Positions 56,950-64,000 of a stretch of 64,000 nucleotides of DNA are shown here, in pieces. This stretch comes from Octopus sinensis (taxonomy: Eukaryota): contig NC_043004.1 of NCBI RefSeq assembly GCF_006345805.1, forward strand, positions 14,322,001 to 14,386,000, in the 5' to 3' direction. The notes under the pieces were generated by a model. The model searched no databases. It worked only from the letters and a program-made list of their open reading frames with translations, and had not been told where the DNA came from. Position numbers and translations under genes: made by a program. Each line of letters begins with the position of its first letter. Positions within the stretch are counted from its first letter, which is position 1.

Positions 56950-58500
56950 TGTATAAAGATAGTTATTTGGAGATGTAAATGTAATGGAGATGTAAATGAG
57001 TATGCATAGATATATTGGAACAGGAAATTTTGAAATAATCTGAATTTTCTAAAAATGAATAGAGTGAAATCCATTTTTGACATATAGCATACGCGTTTAG
57101 TAACATTGATATAACTAAGGTAAACGCTGTTTATTACTTTTCAGATTAGTTTCCGTATCACAAACCTCGGAACCTGTGTTGATAATTAAAGATTATCCAC
57201 ACATCAATTGGGAATAAATAATGGAATATTATTAGGTGGACACATGATGCTTAGAATTCGTCATAATATTATAAGTATATGATGTCACCTTTCATTAGTG
57301 TATGAGCAGAATTCATAATGGATATCTCGATTTAAGAAATATCGATTGATATATTTAATATATCTCCTGAGACAAAATAAGATGTAGAGAAATCATTACG
57401 TCATATTCGAAATGTGTTGCTTTCATAGTTCATCATAGAAAGACCAGGAATGAATTGCAAATGCTATACGGACACGAACTGTATGTCGACAGCCAGCTAG
57501 AAAATATGTTTTTATGGGAAAATATGTTTTCTGGAAAATATGTTTAAAACAACAGTAACTTCGTCTTTTATATGACTGCCACATTGTGTTGGCATATAAA
57601 CTTTATTATTAACAAGTTGTTTGGTTAGTGTCAAATCATCATATAAAGTTAGCATTTAGTATTAATAATTCATTAACAAAAATAATATTTCTCGAGGATA
57701 AATTGAAAATGTGGTGTTAATGTGGATGAGAAATCAAACTCAGTATGTGATTGGGATCGCCATTGGGATGAGCATTTGAAATAACTGAAGATGTTCCATT
57801 TCTAAGTTCCATTTTTTACTTTTCTCTTTGGTGGAAGACAACTTGTCGTTGTTCATTGGATGCTTAATAAGTGTATGATCATATCTTTAATTGATTTCAT
57901 AAGAAATAATACTGGAACCGGTTCTGATTGTAGTAACCAGTTGCACATGATACGTGGTATTAAAAACTGCATTACTACGTTAAATTGTTTACGTACAAAA
58001 GTACCATTTAACTACTCCAGGGCTATGTGAAAGCTTCCTAAATAATTTTCCATTTTAATTTAATTTCGCTTCTGTTGGGTTTGTGTGTTTATTCTGCATA
58101 TTTCTTGTGACCCTTGTATATATTTGGCTCTTTCTTTATCATAAAAAGCAAGAATTACGAAGTCAGTACAAAGGTACAAAATATACTTTTATCATAGCAT
58201 TTCGATCGGAGATCAGAGAATGCTGAATTTATGACTTGCTCTCTGTTCAGTTTAGATATATTTTTTATACATTTCTAACGCTAATGTTTATGCTCTTTCG
58301 CTAATGTCAGTGGGGAAAGCATAATCTCTTCCCCATCATTCCAGCTTTGTTCCTTTATCTGAAAGGAATTGAGTCAATAATTAATTGCTTATTAACAGAT
58401 ATAAAAACTTTTCAAAAGTCTTTTCCAATTTCTAATTGATGTGAATGATGGTGAAATCCCATGAAAGTTTTCAAATGGAAGTGAATTTTTCATGTATTGT
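56950..58500 (-). mobile_element. Possible very old Penelope-like remnant
   Basis: An SDKG...GRDY relic near 58360 resembles the ADKG...DY motif; otherwise stop-ridden. Confidence 0.3.
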
Positions 58501-60066
58501 ATAGTATTGGTCTTTTATTTTTTAACCTCCGAGTCATATAAACACCGACCGAGGTAAGTGTTGTCTTTGTAAATTACATTACTTAACACTATTTCAGGTC
58601 TAACTGCAAACATCAAATTATAGGATGCGTCACTGGTTGCAATAAGCAATACTTTATTTAGAACATTAGCTCTACTATAGCGATAGATTACAGAAAAAGT
58701 TTGGTGACTGACGAAACAAATTCATAAAAACTTTTGGATGAAAATCTTGGCATCACACTTTATTATTATTTTTTTTTTTTTGCAATTAGAATAACATTAA
58801 TTCAAGTGTGAGTGTGATGTTTATTATGCCTTTAAGAAAGTTTTATATCGAAAATTAATTTTGGAAGTACAAGCGCAAGAGGTAATCAGTCAGTTACCTT
58901 AGATCTCTGTACACTTAACTTTAGATAACGTTGCTCCTGATCAACATATAACAAATATGCTTCTAGATTATGGCTAAAAATTATTAAATTTGTTTTTTTG
59001 ATTAAGAAGAGATTAAATGTAAATCAAATTCAACAAAATTTGAAGTAAACAGATAAGCTTTCACTTGATTCCTTCATTTTTTAAATCAAGTCTAATCTTA
59101 ATTAGAAAATAATAATTTTCAAATGGAGTTGGGAGGCTTATGAAGTGTGAGTTATTTTGGTAATTGTATATTTCGATTCGGATTCCTATTTTTAGATATT
59201 TCTTTCTACTTATGACGTTAATACTTTTGAAAAGAGATATGAGCGTCAAAATAACTCAATTAAAATATAGGAAGAGACGTTAGTTATATAGCTCAACTGA
59301 CGTAGCAGGCCAAATCTGCCATCTGGTTTAAATTTCTTGTTAGATCCTATTAGTGTCGGAAGAACTGTTTCACAAAAAAACATTTTACTATCTGTATGCG
59401 AAGTTATAACATGTCAGGTTAGATTTATGCGTACTTTTGATAAAAATCTATTCACAAATATCACTGATTTCTGTCCGGTTCTCAAACTTATTGAAGTAGC
59501 AGAGCAATTTATTGAAACTTTATGATTCAGAAACACCAAATAACCGAACAGTCAATATTCTTAGCAACTATTTGTATATCATTTATAGCTTCATCAATAA
59601 AATTATATTTGCTGACAGAGTTTTTTCGTCGTTTAATGTAAAACATTATGTTTTGCTTGGTTGCATTCCTCCGATGGCATTGCCCTGTAATTTTGACAGA
59701 GCATTGAACACTCCTAGGCAAACTATTTTCTATGAAATAAATTGCCATAGTAATGATAATAATAATAATAATGATAATAATGATGATGATGATACGTCAG
59801 ACGTATTGGGAAGAGCATTGTCGCTGTGAATTTTCTTTCTTTTTGCCCCTTATTTTCTTAGTTTACTTCTATATTTTATAGTTTTTCCTTTTCGCTCTGT
59901 CTTTCTTCCCTTGTTTTTTCTATCACGTGACTTTGTAAATGAACAATCTGGTGAGATTGTGTTAATGACCTACAAATATATACAAGGCATTTCTCTGCCC
60001 TTGGTATCGGGGGATGCGCTCAGTGGGATGGGGAAGCAAAATTAAGGGGAGATGATAATGAAAGTG

Positions 60067-60097
<31 letters not shown>

Positions 60098-60117
60098 TGA
60101 TAATAATAATAATAATG

Positions 60118-60152
<35 letters not shown>

Positions 60153-60158
60153 AATAAT

Positions 60159-60714
60159 ATGCCCTGATGCAGTACCAGGCAGTGGCTCTCATGACTTCTG
60201 ATCTTAACTGATTGGAAGTGTTATCATGTACATTGTTTTGTCTTGGTATAAAAGATGGGCTACAGCAAATATTCTGCTCAATACCACAGATTTGCTTGTC
60301 AGTTGTTTAACCGTAACCAGTTGGGCATGTTCCTTAGTGGCTGGCGATATGTGCATCTCTGATCACGAGCAGAAGTAGTGGGGGAGCATCATAGCCATGT
60401 GTTGAGAGGGATTCTTTGGGGTTTGAATAATTCACCTCTGGAAACATGGGTGTTTCGTTCAACACCCTTGAACAACCCTTATTCAGGGATCTTTCGAGTG
60501 GGATGGGTTACTCGACCTGAGGAAAATTCTAACTGGGCCCCACCTGCAAGGTCATGTGCTGTTTATCTTGATATAAGATCACCATGTCGCGCACATATGG
60601 TTGTGATGCATATGTCTGGTGTACCCTTATCAGACGGGTAGTCATGATGGGTATACTGGGCTTCGTATATTTTACCTCAGTGTCACTTTGATGGCATGCA
60701 CTGCTCTCTCACTC
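60159..60714 (+). mobile_element. 556-bp non-coding (AAT)n-targeted element, copy 1
   Basis: atgccctgatgcagtaccaggc...ctgctctctcactc between (AAT)n tracts. Confidence 0.92.
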
Positions 60715-60754
<40 letters not shown>

Positions 60755-60803
60755 TAATAATAATAATAATAATAATAAAATAATAATAAAATAATAATAA
60801 TAA

Positions 60804-61359
60804 ATGCCCTGATGCAGTACCAGGCAGTGGCTCTCATGGCTTCTCATCTTAACTGATTGGAAGTGTTATCATGTACATTGTTTTGTCTTGGTATAAAAGA
60901 TGGGCTACAGCAAATATTCTGCTCAATACCACATATTTGCTTGTCAGTTGTTTGACCTTAACCAGTTGAAAATGTCCCTTAGTGGCTGACAATATGTGCA
61001 TCTCTGATCACGAGTGGAAGTAGTGGGGGAGCATCATAGCCATATGTTGAGAGGGATTCTATGGAGTTTGAATAATTCACCTCTGGAAACATAGGTGTTT
61101 CATTCAACATCCTTAAACAACCCTTATTTAAGGACCTTTTGAGCGGGATGGGTTACTCGACCAGAAGAAAATTTTAACTGGGCCCCACCTGCAAGTTCTT
61201 GTGCTGTTTATCTTCATATGAGATCACCATGTCGCGCACATATGGTTGTGATGCATGTGTCTGGCGTACCCTTATCAGACGGGTAGTCATGATGGTTATA
61301 CTGGGCTTCGTATATTTTACCCCAGTGTCACTTTGATGGCATGGACTGCTCTCTCACTC
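60804..61359 (+). mobile_element. 556-bp non-coding (AAT)n-targeted element, copy 2
   Basis: Same termini and length as copy 1; separated from it by 89 bp of (AAT)n. Confidence 0.92.
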
Positions 61360-61409
<50 letters not shown>

Positions 61410-61452
61410 AAGTGATAATAATATATAATAGTAATTATAATAACAATAATAA

Positions 61453-61523
<71 letters not shown>

Positions 61524-61560
61524 GTAATGATAATAATAATAATAATAATAATAATAATTA

Positions 61561-61944
61561 ACGGAACCAAACAAAAATATGAGAGACCAATACAGTCAAA
61601 TAATTGATATCGTCATACCAAATGACATGAATGTTGTGAGTAATGAGGTTACAAAAATTATCAAGTACCCCGTATTGAAAGTGGAAATTGCAAGACTGTA
61701 TGGAATGCGAGAGGATAATGGAAAAGTGATACCCATCGTGAATGGAGTGCTGTGCTCAATTGCATTGAAACTTCAAGACTTCTTAAGGCAACTGGAAATC
61801 CCCTGCAAGACTGAGGTCTTGCAAAAAGCAACCTTATTGAGCACAGCGCACGTCTTAAGGTAAGTATTATCTGTGTGAGGTCCTCGTCACTTGACAGATG
61901 ACTAAAGACTCCAGGGCATTTTTACCTACACTGCGTTACGAAGG
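61561..61944 (+). mobile_element. R4/Dong-type 3' fragment, family F
   Basis: IIDIVIPND.NV...EVTKIIKY..LKVEIARLY...VIPIVNGVL...LQKATLLSTAHVLR; short 3' UTR; (AAT)n on both sides. Confidence 0.88.
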
Positions 61945-61968
61945 AATAATAATAATGATGATGATGAT

Positions 61969-62020
<52 letters not shown>

Positions 62021-62037
62021 TAATAATAATAATAATA

Positions 62038-62823
62038 AGCAGCTCAAGATCAATGCTTACCAACAAGAAACTACCAGGCCAACATATTAAAGAACGGCAG
62101 TAGCCCAACATGTCGTGTGTGTCAACAAAAAAATGAAACCATTGATCATGTTGTCTCCAAGTGCAGTCTTCTAGCGCCTACAGGGTATCTCAACAGGCAT
62201 GATAGAGCTGCACAATATATTCACTGGGTAATTTGCAAAAACCTGGATTTGCCCCTTGAAAAAAAACTGGTGGGAACACAAGCCACCTCCAGTGATTGAG
62301 AACTTCACCATTCAAACTGAGAGAAAGATAGATGCAAATAGGCCAGACATCATATTGAAAAACTTCAGACAAAGAACATGCCTCCTCATTGATATGACTG
62401 TCCCAATCGATATAAACGTATCTGTCAAGACCTACCAAAAACTGAGAAAATATAATGATCTTGAAATAGAAATCAGCAAAATGTGGAACCTGAAAACTAA
62501 AACAATACCTGTAGTCATAGGTGCCCTGGGAATGATAGCAAAAGGGCTGATTGCTACCTAACTCAGATACCAGGAAACCCAAAATGGCAGAAATTCAAAA
62601 GATAGTGCTCATATCCTACGCAAAATACTCTCTATGTAATCCCAAGGTTTAAAACAAACTTTTTTTATGTATTAGACATCCACTAGTACAACACCAAAAA
62701 AACCCCCAAATATATGGCACACTAGGCATAACAACAACGTGAACTTCCAACCTGTTGTCTCTTGAGGTTTCTGGGTGAGCCTTGGAGCCAACTTGTACAA
62801 ATATAAAGCAAAAGTCAAACATA
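62038..62823 (+). mobile_element. R4/Dong-type 3' fragment, family D
   Basis: AAQDQCL.TRNYQA, CRVC...HVVSKC, RHDRAA, RPDIILK, LIDMTVP, IPVVIGALG; about 180-bp 3' UTR; (AAT)n on both sides. Confidence 0.93.
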
Positions 62824-62846
62824 TAATAATAATAATAATAATAATA

Positions 62847-62896
<50 letters not shown>

Positions 62897-62943
62897 GTAA
62901 TAATAATAATGATGATGATTAATAATAATAATATCAATAATAA

Positions 62944-64000
62944 TTGGAGCATTGGAGCCCTGCTAGGAAAAACCACATCCTACGCAAGACACTATCAATT
63001 CATTAATACTACCTATACAAAACATTCCACAAACACGACACACTCTGTACATCAATTATCCAGTGAAATAAACATCTACCAGCAAACCGGATAACAAAGA
63101 AATACCTAAGTGAATTCCTAATACAACAAATCCCAGAATTAGACGTATTGGAAACAAGTACAGAAAAATCTAAGCGTATGAAAACCCGTGCTAAATCTGC
63201 TGCCTTGGATATTCTTACTGATAAATGGCAAGAAAAACCTCTCAAACACCCAAAGAGCGCTAATAATGCCAATGTTGACACAGCCCTCACCCATCGATGG
63301 TTAGTGCCTTCTGGCTTAAAATCAGAGACAGAAGGGTTTATCATAGCCACCCAAGATCAATGCCTACTTACAACAAGCTACCAGGCCAACATTAAAGAAC
63401 GGCAGTAGCCCAACATTTCGTGTATGTCAACAACAAAATGAAACCATTGATCATGGTATCTCCCTGTGCAGCTTTCTTGCGCCGACAGAGTATTCCAACA
63501 GGCATGATAGTGCAGCGCACTATATTCAGTGGGCAATTTGCAAAGACTTAGACCTACCTCATGGTAAAAACCTGCGGGAACAAAAACCACCTTCAGTGCT
63601 TAAAAATAATCACCTCTCACACCTTTGAAACTTTACTTCTCAAACTGACAGATAGATGCATATAGACTAGACATTATATTGAAGAATTTCAGACAAACAT
63701 CATATATCCTCATCGATATGACTGTTCCTATCGACATAAGTCTGTCAACAGTTAAATTTATGAAAAGTGAGCAAGTGTAAAGATCTTGAAATAGAATTTG
63801 GCAAAATGTGAGACCTCAACACGAAAACAATACATTTTGTGACAGGTGTCCGAAAAATGATATCGAAAGAAGCTGATTGTTACCTATCTCAGATATCAGG
63901 AAATCCAAACTTGGAAGAAATTCCAAAAACTAGTCCTCGTGGGAATTTCTTATATCCTACGAAAAATATCGTCTGCGTAATCTCCAAATCCTCTCAATCT
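62944..64000 (+). mobile_element. R4/Dong-type fragment, family D, more diverged, running to the window end
   Basis: DKWQEKPLKHP...THRWL..SGLKSETEGFIIATQDQCL, then degraded knuckle and endonuclease domain. Confidence 0.9.

Noticed and set aside
58708-58760. CTGACGA...GAAA string
   Set aside because: Stems I-III do not pair.
59512-59829. 105-aa ORF and neighbouring 60-70-aa ORFs
   Set aside because: No recognisable domain, the ORF runs into an (AAT)n tract, and I found no convincing splice-site pair.
60159-60260. HDV-like or hammerhead ribozyme at the 5' end of the 556-bp element
   Set aside because: I could not fold a canonical P1/P2/P3/L3 pseudoknot or find CUGANGA...GAAA by eye; it remains a hypothesis needing computation.
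60378-60641. 87-aa ORF inside the 556-bp element
   Set aside because: The equivalent frame has a stop in copy 2 and a deletion in the copy at 6158.
60060-61560. Repeat-spacer-like alternation suggesting a CRISPR array
   Set aside because: The units are 556-bp elements separated by (AAT)n in eukaryotic DNA; there are no 25-45-bp repeats with unique spacers and no cas genes.

Overview
AT-rich, repeat-saturated animal genomic DNA. The tRNA-derived SINE families, dense (TA)n/(CA)n/(TAA)n microsatellites and transposon mix suggest a coleoid cephalopod such as Octopus; this is inference, not a database match. I could not identify an intact host gene, and almost all short ORFs in the track are microsatellite or antisense shadows. 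Contents: (i) 11 fragments of R4/Dong-type non-LTR retrotransposons (RT, CCHC zinc knuckle, PD-(D/E)xK endonuclease) from at least 6 different 3'-end families, in three nests (1-6.7 kb, 36.3-38.5 kb, 60-64 kb), all oriented so the sense strand reads (AAT)n in the flanks; (ii) three copies of a discrete ~556-bp non-coding element with the same (AAT)n targeting and polarity, the best candidate here for an undescribed non-autonomous partner; (iii) two minimal type I hammerhead ribozyme motifs with palindromic loop III, one inside a 281-bp near-perfect palindrome; (iv) decayed Penelope-like, L1/Tx1-like, mariner, hAT, Chapaev-like, piggyBac-like and Helitron-like elements; (v) four SINE families; (vi) a decayed, apparently multi-exon coding relic of unknown family at 13.2-17.8 kb. 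Coordinates of degraded elements are approximate, and identities are by-eye estimates unless counts are given.
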